Origin: Escherichia coli
GTDB lineage: Bacteria > Pseudomonadota > Gammaproteobacteria > Enterobacterales > Enterobacteriaceae
NCBI RefSeq assembly: GCF_041248615.1
Contig: NZ_CP158426.1
Direction: 5' to 3' (one strand)
DNA length: 64,000 nucleotides
Shown in pieces: positions 1 to 9,412 of the stretch (within the stretch, counting starts at the first letter, position 1; every line of letters begins with the position of its first letter). A model generated the notes under the pieces. It was not told the DNA's origin. It did not search any database and saw only the letters and a list, made by a program, of their open reading frames with translations. A program made the translations under genes and the position numbers.

Positions 1-264
1 CAGTTTTTCCAGATCTGATTTAAGACTCTTCGCCTGATCAACGAAATCAACAATATTCCGTACACCGGTGGCCGTTGCTAACTGGTCTTTATATGCCTGA
101 ATTTGGCTCTCATAATGCTGCGCTGTTTGTATCCAGCGTTGTGCCTCTTTCAGCCATTCGAGCTCACGTAGTGGGTCAGCATCCACCAGAACAGGGATAC
201 CTGCGTGTGCCATCGGGCTGATGATCACACACGCAATAATTAATGCATGAAAACGCCGTTTCAT
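1..264 (-). CDS. virB5: VirB5/TraC-like T4SS minor pilin, N-terminal part only (gene continues beyond window start)
   Basis: Minus-strand ATG at 264 preceded by AGGAG; translation MKRRFHALIIACVIISPMAHA (signal peptide) then coiled-coil-like QAYKDQLATATG; sits directly downstream of virB4; no stop before position 1. Confidence 0.45.
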   Translation of the reverse strand, partial: MKRRFHALIIACVIISPMAHAGIPVLVDADPLRELEWLKEAQRWIQTAQHYESQIQAYKDQLATATGVRNIVDFVDQAKSLKSDLEKL

Positions 265-284
265 CATGAATCTCCTGTGGATTT

Positions 285-3029
285 TCAGAGTGCCTGAGCC
301 AGGTAAGTATCCAGCCATTCATGGGGCTGCATTCCTTCCCGGTAGAGAGAGTCGAAGATTTCCAGGTTGTCGGCGCTGCCGCTCATGACTTTTGTGTACC
401 TGCCGATCCCGGAAAGATCGAGCGTCACACGTGCAGCAAAACGCTTTATGTCGCCACGTCTAAATTGATTTTTTACCACTACGTACTGACGGGCCTGAGG
501 ATCCAGGGCTTTCACGACGTCGAACACTTCCGGCTCAAACTTCATTCCGTCGACATAGTGTTCCCTGTCAGCACTGGGGTTGGCTGCCAGGATCTGCGTG
601 CCGCACTGCTCAATCACGGCAGGCGCAATTTCATCCCTGATGATCTCCGCCGGGGACTGTGTTCCAACAACCAGCATCCCGTTTAGCTTGCGGATAGTTT
701 TCAGTCGGTTATAGGCGAAATCCTTAAAAACCGGATCCCGTAGCCATTTCCAGAACTCATCCATGAAGATAACCAGTCGACGTCCGTCGAGTAGGCTGGT
801 AATGCGGTACAGCAGATAAAAGGAGATCGGTGCGCAGATATTCGTATCGTCAAGAAACTCTGTGCCGTCAATGCCAAAGTTATCGCAGCGACTGATATCG
901 AAGGTGTCTGATGCGTTATCAAACACCCAGCCAAACTCGCCACCCTGCGCCCACTGTGACAGGCGAATACTCAGGCCATTCTCCTGGGCTTCTCGGGTCG
1001 CAGGCTCCGGAAGATTCTCCAGTAAACGGGTGATCCCATGAATACGGTACTGTGGTTCATTACCGATCACCGCCAGTATGGCATCATTTAGACGTCGTTC
1101 ATTGCGGGGCGTGATGGTCGCACCGTTACGCGTACACAGCAGTTTCATCAGCTGACTGATAAAACTGATATTGCGTTTCGTGGGCGATAGCGAAAATGGG
1201 TTCCACCCGGTGGGCTCTCCATGTGTAATACGGTAATAACGGCCTTGCAATGCCCGGATATTCATTTCAGCGCCACGATCCTTATCCAGATAAACGGTTG
1301 TCAGTCGTTTGGTTTTTGCGTCGGGAGAAAAACTCTCCGTACGGCTATATTTCTGCTGCATGTTTTCCAGAAACGTCATGAGCATGGTTTTACCCGAACC
1401 GTTGGTACCGAGAATGCAGGTACTGGCTGGATTCTTCTCGTTGAATTCATCCTTATCCGCCAGCGTATTGTGAAGGTTCAGATAGTATCCATCCCCTGAT
1501 GGGGCACGCAGTAAGGCCATCGCATCCCCCCAGGGCGCATTATCGCGCTTGCCGGGATAGAAATTGTGTAGCGAAGCCAGCTCGACAAAATTCTGACTGC
1601 TCAGCTCACCCTTGCGGGGCCGCAAATGATAATTGCCAGGCAGTTGCGCCATATACCCGGCTGAAAGAGAAAGCGCGGCGGGAACCGATATAATGCCGAG
1701 GTTGTTCAGGGCATTGCTGATTTCGCTGGTATCGGCTACCAGACTATCCAGCGTCTGGGAAAACACCATGATGGAAAAATGGTGTTTTCCATACGCAATT
1801 TTTCCCGATGTCAGCAGGTCAAGCGCCACATCCAGATCCAGCCGCTGAGACACCGCATCATCATCTGAACTCATTAACAGACGTCGGGTGCGTTTGATGG
1901 CCTTCCGGGCTTCTTCCCGTGACATGCAGGTGTAGGACTGTGTGATGACATAATCACAGGGGGCATAAAGCAGAGAATCCATCATTCCAGTTGCTGTTTC
2001 TTCAGGGAACTCTTTAACTTCCAGACCCCGGAAATACTGGGTGCCGCCGGTATGGTTTATCTGTCCAGACTCCCCGGAGAAAAACAGCGCCGCCGATCCC
2101 ATGACGGAATATGCAGGAGCACGGGTGACGCGGATCCTGCGCCATTGGTGCGTCAAGAGATACTCGTAAAAGGATAACTGGGAGGAGAATACCGCCTGTT
2201 CTTCGCTGAAAGTACCAAGAGAGTGTGCGGCGTAGCGTGACAGAGCGGTATCGAGGGTACCTTTAATTTCCAGCATCCCCTGCAACACACCGTCAAGCTC
2301 TTTCAGTTTCTGGCCGTCTTTCATACGCCGGTGTCCGGCTTTTTCCAGACTGGCAAAAGGGCGGTAGCAGGCAGTCAGGAACAAGCGGTTACGGCGAAAC
2401 GGGTTAGCCTCCAGCGAGGCATAATACAGACGGCTGACTTCATCAGCGTAAGGGTTGCCGGATACCTTATGTAGCGAATCGGTAAATGGCTCCCTTACGT
2501 TATGGATATAGAAGGTGACCGGCATCCCCTCGAAAGAGCGGATAATTCCGTGCAACTGGTTACGGTCAATATTGAGCGTTTCTTCTGATTCACAATCGAA
2601 CGGAGTGCCCGTCAGTTCCCAGGTACAGTAGAGGTCACTATTGGGTGAGCGGACGACATGTTGATGAATATGCGATGAATACGGAATGTATTTCCTGAGC
2701 GTGGCACTCTGATTCAATTTCATGACGTTGAGAAACTCCGTGATATCAACAGCATCATGCTCAATGGGCATAAATGCTGTTGCGCCAAATAGACGGTTTG
2801 CCGCAGGTTTTCCTCTTGCCCTGAGCCAGACGGCTATCAGGCTGAACCGCATGGGTTCATTCTTGGTAAGCGATTTCATCAGCAGAAATTCAATCGGGAG
2901 TAGGGCGAGGAAAGCGACGGAGGTCCAGACAGCAATGATGATGGTGATACCCGTGACAGCCAGTAGAGGCACCATCGGCACTCCCCATAGTGCCGCCGGA
3001 CGTCTCATTGCCTTAAGCAGCTTTGCCAT
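285..3029 (-). CDS. virB4: VirB3-VirB4 fusion, T4SS ATPase
   Basis: 914-aa ORF; N-terminal membrane segment (VirB3-like), Walker A GTNGSGKT, CagE/TrbE/VirB4-like length and layout. Confidence 0.85.
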   Translation of the reverse strand: MAKLLKAMRRPAALWGVPMVPLLAVTGITIIIAVWTSVAFLALLPIEFLLMKSLTKNEPMRFSLIAVWLRARGKPAANRLFGATAFMPIEHDAVDITEFLNVMKLNQSATLRKYIPYSSHIHQHVVRSPNSDLYCTWELTGTPFDCESEETLNIDRNQLHGIIRSFEGMPVTFYIHNVREPFTDSLHKVSGNPYADEVSRLYYASLEANPFRRNRLFLTACYRPFASLEKAGHRRMKDGQKLKELDGVLQGMLEIKGTLDTALSRYAAHSLGTFSEEQAVFSSQLSFYEYLLTHQWRRIRVTRAPAYSVMGSAALFFSGESGQINHTGGTQYFRGLEVKEFPEETATGMMDSLLYAPCDYVITQSYTCMSREEARKAIKRTRRLLMSSDDDAVSQRLDLDVALDLLTSGKIAYGKHHFSIMVFSQTLDSLVADTSEISNALNNLGIISVPAALSLSAGYMAQLPGNYHLRPRKGELSSQNFVELASLHNFYPGKRDNAPWGDAMALLRAPSGDGYYLNLHNTLADKDEFNEKNPASTCILGTNGSGKTMLMTFLENMQQKYSRTESFSPDAKTKRLTTVYLDKDRGAEMNIRALQGRYYRITHGEPTGWNPFSLSPTKRNISFISQLMKLLCTRNGATITPRNERRLNDAILAVIGNEPQYRIHGITRLLENLPEPATREAQENGLSIRLSQWAQGGEFGWVFDNASDTFDISRCDNFGIDGTEFLDDTNICAPISFYLLYRITSLLDGRRLVIFMDEFWKWLRDPVFKDFAYNRLKTIRKLNGMLVVGTQSPAEIIRDEIAPAVIEQCGTQILAANPSADREHYVDGMKFEPEVFDVVKALDPQARQYVVVKNQFRRGDIKRFAARVTLDLSGIGRYTKVMSGSADNLEIFDSLYREGMQPHEWLDTYLAQAL

Positions 3030-3039
3030 AGATAACCTC

Positions 3040-3333
3040 TCAGCTCATCAGCAGTGCGCCGATTTCACTGCCTCCACCAATCAGGATGCCGCCAATGATG
3101 ATGTAGGCGCACTGGGACAGGCTTTCGCCTTTCCAGAGTGTCTTGTAACCTACCCAGATCACGGCCACGGTAATGGTGATGGCCGCCAGGCCATTAAGGC
3201 CGGTGGCGACTTTTTCCATCACGGTATTTGCGCGTTGAAAGCCATCGGCAAAAACCGGAGGTACAGAACAAACGATGAGTGCAAATGCGGAAACATGACT
3301 GAAAGCGGCCTTAAGTTTGCAGCAAAGTGTCAT
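3040..3333 (-). CDS. virB2: VirB2-like pilin
   Basis: 97-aa ORF with signal-like N-terminus and two hydrophobic segments, placed between virB1 and virB3/4. Confidence 0.55.
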   Translation of the reverse strand: MTLCCKLKAAFSHVSAFALIVCSVPPVFADGFQRANTVMEKVATGLNGLAAITITVAVIWVGYKTLWKGESLSQCAYIIIGGILIGGGSEIGALLMS

Positions 3334-4088
3334 TATTCTTTCTCCTCACGGGGTGACAGGGAGAGGCTCCGGCGCAATGACGGCGTAGAGATCTTTTCTA
3401 TGGCAATTTTCTTCTGGCGGAATTTTGAGGGGACGCCACGAACCACGCCCTTCGGCCAGATCACGCAGGGACGTAACTGGTCACCTGCAGGCGTAGGCTT
3501 CAGGAACGGCGGGGGTGTCAATTTATCCTCGTGGGTTCCGGGTACGGCATAGTGGGGAGCAGCAGCGTAACCGATTCGTTGCACATAGCTGGTTCCGGAA
3601 AAAGCCGCTTCCGGCTGTTCTCCGGTACGGAAATTGCCGGAGTAGTAGCAACTCAGTGCTCTTTTCAGCGAGCCGCCGCGTCGGTAACAGTCGTTGAGGA
3701 TGTGTTCGAAAACAGACAAATTGGTACAGGGATCAAGCAGCTCAGAGGCTGTCACACCGTAATGATGGAAATTGGTGCTGGTAATTTGCATCAGCCCCAC
3801 AGAATAACGGCGGCTCTGCGCCATAAGGCGACCTATGATTCGCTCGGCTCTTTCCCGGCTGGTGGGCTGATGAGAAATGATTTTATTGTGACCGAAGGTG
3901 CCTGAGCCCTTTGGGATAATTTCGGCGATCGCATAAGGGTTAAAATTGGACTCCACCCTTACGACGTCGAGTGCTGTGGACGGATGAATGCTGGTGGCAC
4001 ACTGCATGGCCACCGCCAGAAAGGCAGATGTGGAAAGCATAGTAGCCTCGGGAATGCGGGCAGCGTACATAGCCAAAGAACCATGCAT
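3333..4088 (-). CDS. virB1: VirB1-like lytic transglycosylase
   Basis: 251-aa ORF with SLT-type motifs (VESNFNPYA, GLMQI); first gene of the virB cluster; true start may be internal. Confidence 0.7.
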   Translation of the reverse strand: MHGSLAMYAARIPEATMLSTSAFLAVAMQCATSIHPSTALDVVRVESNFNPYAIAEIIPKGSGTFGHNKIISHQPTSRERAERIIGRLMAQSRRYSVGLMQITSTNFHHYGVTASELLDPCTNLSVFEHILNDCYRRGGSLKRALSCYYSGNFRTGEQPEAAFSGTSYVQRIGYAAAPHYAVPGTHEDKLTPPPFLKPTPAGDQLRPCVIWPKGVVRGVPSKFRQKKIAIEKISTPSLRRSLSLSPREEKE

Positions 4089-4677
4089 GCTGAGGGAAAC
4101 TTGAAGGGGTAATGTGTGGTTTCGAGATTGTGAGCACTTTGCGCCGGATTTCCGAAGCCATAATAAAGGGTTTCATGAGATATTCTTTACAGGGCTTTTG
4201 ATTCGGGTAAATGCGGCACTAATGTTTTTGAAGTAGATGTTTTATTTCAGCGTGTCTGTTGAAAATTCAAGACCGACAAAATGATGTCACTTGGTTTTAT
4301 CTGGATAGTCTCTAATCAAAATAATAATTAATGGGTCACATCCCAATTCTGCATTCCGATTTCAACGGGTCAGCGAGAACATTCAGCGGCACACTGAATT
4401 AAGGTTGTGTGATAGCCTGATATAAATTATTAAAGAACGGTGCTCGACCAGGCTGAATAAATGCCTAACTGTCAGGTCGATGAGCAGAAACACTATCAGG
4501 ATGGATTTAATTAATATAAATTGGAATGATAAAGTGAAAATGAAATGATAAGAGTTTTTCGGGGATGAATTTTAGTAGTGTAAGGGGAGGGGGATATAAT
4601 CGATGATTGTGTTTGTACTAATAGTGAAATATAAAGACGTGCGGGGTTTTAATTCCCTGCACGCCTTACTGTTAACA

Positions 4678-4887
4678 TTAGCGTTTACGTCGTTCAAGCA
4701 TTTCCTGGCATTCTCTACACGTTGTTACTCCTGGCAGAGTGTGCCTCCGCTTTTCAGGAATTGGTCTACCGCAGAACTGACAGTGATACAGGGAAGGTGT
4801 TGCTGCTGGTTTGAAACGGCTTTGTTCAATCATTTCCTCCAGACGTTGCTCATTGAATTCCTGGTCGCGATCAACTTCGTCAGGCAT
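4678..4887 (-). CDS. traR: TraR/DksA-family C4 zinc-finger protein
   Basis: Translation MPDEVDRDQEFNEQRLEEMIEQ...CQFCGRPIPEKRRHTLPGVTTCRECQ; CxxC...CxxC motif; start taken at the internal Met of the 88-aa ORF. Confidence 0.7.
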   Translation of the reverse strand: MPDEVDRDQEFNEQRLEEMIEQSRFKPAATPSLYHCQFCGRPIPEKRRHTLPGVTTCRECQEMLERRKR

Positions 4888-4888
4888 A

Positions 4889-5461
4889 TCATGTCCTCCT
4901 GTCTGTCCTTCCCTGCTCGCAAAATGTGATTCGGTTACACACAACAGTGAGTGAGGGGGGATTGGGCTCTGAGGCTAACTCTTCGGTGATCTGCATCATG
5001 ATGTTAATTGCTTCATTAGCATCAGGACTTTTCCCTTTTAACGCCTTCCATCGGCACCATATTGTGGCATCCATGGTTTCATCAGGAAGAGGTGAGCGTC
5101 CATACGGTACAGAGATGCCCTGTAATCTGCGGTTGAAACAGACATCGTTGGAAGTAAGACCAAAATAATGCTTTAGTAAGGCTATAGATCCACCTAACCG
5201 GATCGCCCGATTAATTTGCTGATGATGCTGGGTTTCAGTACGTGCTCTTTCCAGCTGTTTGCGTAAAATGTCATGGTGAATTTTGACTGTAATAAATGAT
5301 GCGGGAGAGTGGCAGATGTTCAATAATACATCAAGTGGTAACTGACTGATTTCGTTTATTTCTTCAAGAGTAAATCCAAGTGTTTCACCATAAGATAAGT
5401 CACCATCCTTCAATGCATAAATTACATCCGTGAGTACGTAATAATTCAGCAAGGGAAACAT
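4889..5461 (-). CDS. Hypothetical protein (element-associated)
   Basis: 190-aa ORF directly between alpA and traR on the same strand; no motif recognised. Confidence 0.4.
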   Translation of the reverse strand: MFPLLNYYVLTDVIYALKDGDLSYGETLGFTLEEINEISQLPLDVLLNICHSPASFITVKIHHDILRKQLERARTETQHHQQINRAIRLGGSIALLKHYFGLTSNDVCFNRRLQGISVPYGRSPLPDETMDATIWCRWKALKGKSPDANEAINIMMQITEELASEPNPPSLTVVCNRITFCEQGRTDRRT

Positions 5462-5478
5462 AAGTTATCTCTCTTATC

Positions 5479-5664
5479 TTAGCGGTTAGCTAATTTACAA
5501 TTAATCCATTCGTCAATCTCCGACTCGAGCCAGGCTACGCTGGCTGGGCCGATTTTTATTGAGAGTGGGAAACGCTTGTCTTTCATATACAGATAGATTT
5601 GTGAGCGTTTAAGACCTGTTTTTTGCTCGACCTGTCTGAGGCGTAATAATTGATGAGATGGCAT
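5479..5664 (-). CDS. alpA: AlpA-family transcriptional regulator / excisionase-like
   Basis: 61-aa ORF; LRLRQVEQKTGLKRSQIYLYMKDKRFP matches the AlpA HTH pattern as I recall it. Confidence 0.75.
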   Translation of the reverse strand: MPSHQLLRLRQVEQKTGLKRSQIYLYMKDKRFPLSIKIGPASVAWLESEIDEWINCKLANR

Positions 5665-5798
5665 TTGTTCCTCCAGGGGCTTATGGCATTGCTATCATAA
5701 AGGAACACAGAATGATGTTTAGATAAAGACAGTGAACCCGTATTACGACATTATTCACCCGTAATACGGATCTCAGAGCTATATACACGAAGGATGTA

Positions 5799-6752
5799 CT
5801 ACTTCACCGTAGTTTTAAACGATAAAGGGGAGCCACGCTCCAGCGCCGTTTTTAGCGTATCACCGCTGAGATGATCGGTGATACCATCAGAGATTGCCCA
5901 TTCCTCAAATATAGACAAGAGTTTGTAGGGTTGTTTCACCAGAGGGCGTATATCATCATTATGATAACAGGCTAGCCAGAACAGCCGGGATAAGGGCGTA
6001 GATATTCTCGTCGGAGATAACTTGGGGTTTTTGTCACTGGTTAGCTTTTCTATCAATCTCTCAATTTCAACACATTTGATAACGAAAAAAGCATCTTGTG
6101 GCAAGTCATGCATTGGGAAGTAGCATGGATCCGCATAGTCCCGCTTTTCATTCCGCAAGGAAGACTCTTTTATTATAGAGGTGGTTTCATTCGATAAGTA
6201 TTTTATCTTGCTCTGAATTTGTTCTTTCCATGATATTTTATTGAAAAGTAAGAAAAGTTCATTTCCACTCGTAACAGTGATGCCAAAATTAATGGTGTCA
6301 GGATTATCAATAGGTAGTGGCATGCTGAGCGAGTCTGCTAGATATCTTTGTATGATAATGTATTCAAATCCAAATAGGTTTGTGTCCAAAATATTCCTGC
6401 GAGATGAAAAGTAATCTCCTTCAGTAGATATGATAAGGTTCCTATTATTTTTGAAACAATGTTTATCAAGAAAGCAGAGTCTCTTTAGCTCTGAATTGTC
6501 CAAGGTAGATATTTTTACTTTTTCTCCATTTTTAGTTATTTTTCGTAATGTCACCGGAGACTGGAAGTAAATGGATAGATTGATTTGCCCATACAGTGCA
6601 CAGCGATATATTGTACTTTCTGTAATTGAAGTATCGAATGTCTCATTAATCACTTGCACAGCTTCGTGTATTGTTAACCAGTTTTTTGCCATAAGCTTGA
6701 GATTGCTATTCCAGGACATAAGTGATTTTCCTTCATTTATTTTCTTTGGCAA
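5799..6752 (-). CDS. Hypothetical protein, possible N-terminal HTH
   Basis: 317-aa ORF, AT-rich; N-terminus LTIHEAVQVINETFD...TIYRCA resembles an HTH; remainder unrecognised. Confidence 0.4.
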   Translation of the reverse strand: MPKKINEGKSLMSWNSNLKLMAKNWLTIHEAVQVINETFDTSITESTIYRCALYGQINLSIYFQSPVTLRKITKNGEKVKISTLDNSELKRLCFLDKHCFKNNRNLIISTEGDYFSSRRNILDTNLFGFEYIIIQRYLADSLSMPLPIDNPDTINFGITVTSGNELFLLFNKISWKEQIQSKIKYLSNETTSIIKESSLRNEKRDYADPCYFPMHDLPQDAFFVIKCVEIERLIEKLTSDKNPKLSPTRISTPLSRLFWLACYHNDDIRPLVKQPYKLLSIFEEWAISDGITDHLSGDTLKTALERGSPLSFKTTVK

Positions 6753-6987
6753 TTATCTGATGCCATAAGTTAATTGATTGCTATCAATGTGAGAAATACC
6801 TCAGCGTTTATAGACATGCGAGGTTCAGAAAAATAAATTATCTTATTGATATTTCTTCTTTATAGCTTGTAAGTGGTAGTCGCCAATGATGCAAGGGAAA
6901 GGGTCTTTATGGGCATATATCCTATCCGTTAATTTCAACCATGTTCTGTTGTCCAGAGTCAGAATACATCTAACTCTGGATACGTTT

Positions 6988-8037
6988 TCACCAGTGATAA
7001 CTTATCCCTGTATCAAGTTTATCTGCACAGTCAATCCCTGCAGGGCTATTTCTGACGTTATTAAATTTATAATCTAAAAATATCTGCATATTTTTGTTGA
7101 AGTAGTAGCTAAAGCCTATTTCTTCATAATCCAGCACTCGGGTTCGTTGGCCAGCGATTGTTTGCGTCAGGTGAGTGTAACCAATGTTGGGCTGAAATCT
7201 GTCGGTCAGCATATACTTAGCCAGGGCTTCATAGCTGAAGGAGTTGGTATTATTGTTGCGAGGTTGGGGGTTGATAGCATTATTACTCTGCGTGAAAACA
7301 GTGGCCAGATAAAGTTTTTTGCTCTGGTACTTGACCCCCTCTGCGAAAGTTCGAATATTTTTTTTGTAACCGGCATTTTGTTGCTGTGAAAATGTGGTCT
7401 CGGAAGATGACGCAGCAAAAATTGCACTGAGCTTTGGCGTAAAGAACCAGGACAGCGAAGTACCAATACCATTGCCGTTCTGTTGTCTTAAGGTACGATT
7501 CTCGTTGTTACTTTTGAACTGGTATTGCATCGCTAATTTCACTGTCTGTTGAAAGACCGAAAATTTTTTTCGCCACGTAATAAGATCAAGGGCTCGGCCA
7601 CGCATGAAGTTGTCAATGTAGTTATAGGACATTTCCCTGAATAAGGGAGAGCGGTCTGTTATTGAGGTAACGTCGTACAGTACCCCCCAGTTCCGACCGA
7701 TATCAAGGCTTCCCCAGTACGGGTTGTCTACACCCAGAAACGCTAGCCGGGTTGCATTTCTGCTGGCATCTGATGCACTAACCGTATATTCCCAATGAGC
7801 GTAGGTTTGCCAGTTGTGGGTAAGTTCATGCTTCCCAATCAACCCAAAATAGAGATAGCTACGATCGCCATCATCTTTTATGTTATTACTGGTAAAACGT
7901 CTCGCAATAATAGTGCCATAAAAATCGAGACTTTTACCGTCCTGGTTCAGAACGTTGACCGCAAAAGAGTAGGGTGAGAAGAGTAGTGTGATTGATATAA
8001 AATAATAGCGTAAGTAATGCAATGTCATGATAAACAT
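6988..8037 (-). CDS. Outer-membrane porin-like beta-barrel protein
   Basis: 349-aa ORF with signal peptide (LLFSPYSFA), alternating amphipathic strands rich in Y/G/N/T, aromatic C-terminus. Confidence 0.55.
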   Translation of the reverse strand: MFIMTLHYLRYYFISITLLFSPYSFAVNVLNQDGKSLDFYGTIIARRFTSNNIKDDGDRSYLYFGLIGKHELTHNWQTYAHWEYTVSASDASRNATRLAFLGVDNPYWGSLDIGRNWGVLYDVTSITDRSPLFREMSYNYIDNFMRGRALDLITWRKKFSVFQQTVKLAMQYQFKSNNENRTLRQQNGNGIGTSLSWFFTPKLSAIFAASSSETTFSQQQNAGYKKNIRTFAEGVKYQSKKLYLATVFTQSNNAINPQPRNNNTNSFSYEALAKYMLTDRFQPNIGYTHLTQTIAGQRTRVLDYEEIGFSYYFNKNMQIFLDYKFNNVRNSPAGIDCADKLDTGISYHW

Positions 8038-8133
8038 CCCTAAAGATGGCTCAGCATCTGAATGGTGGCAGGGTGGACAATTTACCGCGACATATGCTCA
8101 TTGCTTAAATCCAATGGAATGAGATTATTATCG

Positions 8134-8970
8134 TTATGCTGAAGCGTTTTGTTTATGGCTAAAATAACTGATGATGCCATTAGAAATGGCGGATGCAATT
8201 TTGTTGCGGAATGCTGTTGTGCCTAATAATTTCTCCTCCTGTGGGTTGGTGATAAAAGAGGTTTCAATCAGGACAGATGGGATATAGGGTGATTTAAGTA
8301 CGGCAAAAGCTGCCTGTTCTGTATGGTTTGAATGCATATGGTGGACAGGAGAAATATGGTGAACTATATGTGATCCCAGTAAAAGACTTTCCCTGATGGT
8401 TTCAGTCTGTTCAAGATCGAAGATGATTTTGTCGAGATACTTGTCTCTGTGAATGATTCGTTTTCCTGCAATATTATCAGCAGCATTCTCACTTTTAGAT
8501 AGATACCTTGCCATAGCGCTGCTGGCTCCCCGTGTTGAAAGTGCAAAAACGGAAGCGCCATGGGCTGCAGGACTTGCGAAACCATCGGCGTGAATGGACA
8601 TAAATAGATCGGCTTTGTGTGCGTGAGCAATCTGTACGCGATCGTATAGTGGAATAAATGTGTCATCCGATCGCGTCTGGAGTGCATTAATACCGTGGCT
8701 ATTGAGAATGGCTTTTATCTTAGAGGTAATATCCAGTACTACATGTTTTTCCAGCGATCCTTCACAACCCACTGCGCCGGAATCAATACCCCCGTGTCCA
8801 GGATCTAGCATTATCGTAAATTTGCTACGCCCATTTGTTGGGAGGGAGGAATGCTTATGACTTAGCTGAGGTCGCATATGTGCATATGTCAGCGGTATAG
8901 CCAGTGTATTGGCTGCGAGGGCCGCTAAACCAGTAAGAATAAGTTTTCGCCGGGTAATGTTGGTGTTCAA
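8134..8970 (-). CDS. N-acetylmuramoyl-L-alanine amidase (AmiA/AmiC-like)
   Basis: 278-aa ORF; Tat-like signal RRKLILTGLAALAA; amidase_3 motifs (DPGHGG, SIHADG, ETSFITN). Confidence 0.8.
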   Translation of the reverse strand: MNTNITRRKLILTGLAALAANTLAIPLTYAHMRPQLSHKHSSLPTNGRSKFTIMLDPGHGGIDSGAVGCEGSLEKHVVLDITSKIKAILNSHGINALQTRSDDTFIPLYDRVQIAHAHKADLFMSIHADGFASPAAHGASVFALSTRGASSAMARYLSKSENAADNIAGKRIIHRDKYLDKIIFDLEQTETIRESLLLGSHIVHHISPVHHMHSNHTEQAAFAVLKSPYIPSVLIETSFITNPQEEKLLGTTAFRNKIASAISNGIISYFSHKQNASA

Positions 8971-9412
8971 TGTTGACGCCTCATGCTGAATGATTTGTTA
9001 TGTTATAACGTTATGAATTATTTAAGGTCGAGGACTTGAATGTTATTTTTTGTTGCTTCGGGTTACTTAATATTAATCATTGGAAAATCACGAGGCTCCC
9101 AATGTATTGATAAATTGGATTTTTAATACCCATCACTACCTCTCATCGCTTGAATCATGATGACATCAGGCGTCCAGGTATGATCGTAATCTGCAAGAGC
9201 ACTGCTGATTAGCCTTTGTCCCATCTGTTTACTTTAAATCCTGAATTATCAAACAGGACAATGGAGTCCTGCTGGAAACATATTGATATAGATCCTTTCA
9301 AAAGATAATTATTCTCATTATTATTGGTTATGTTATAACGTAACAATTGAGGGTGTGCCGAGATTTAGAATGAGTCTATCCATTATTCGATGACTTATTC
9401 TGGGGAGGAATT

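Noticed and set aside
2722-3552. 276-aa plus-strand ORF spanning virB4, virB2 and virB1
   Set aside because: Crosses three minus-strand genes of a conserved T4SS operon; composition consistent with an antisense artefact
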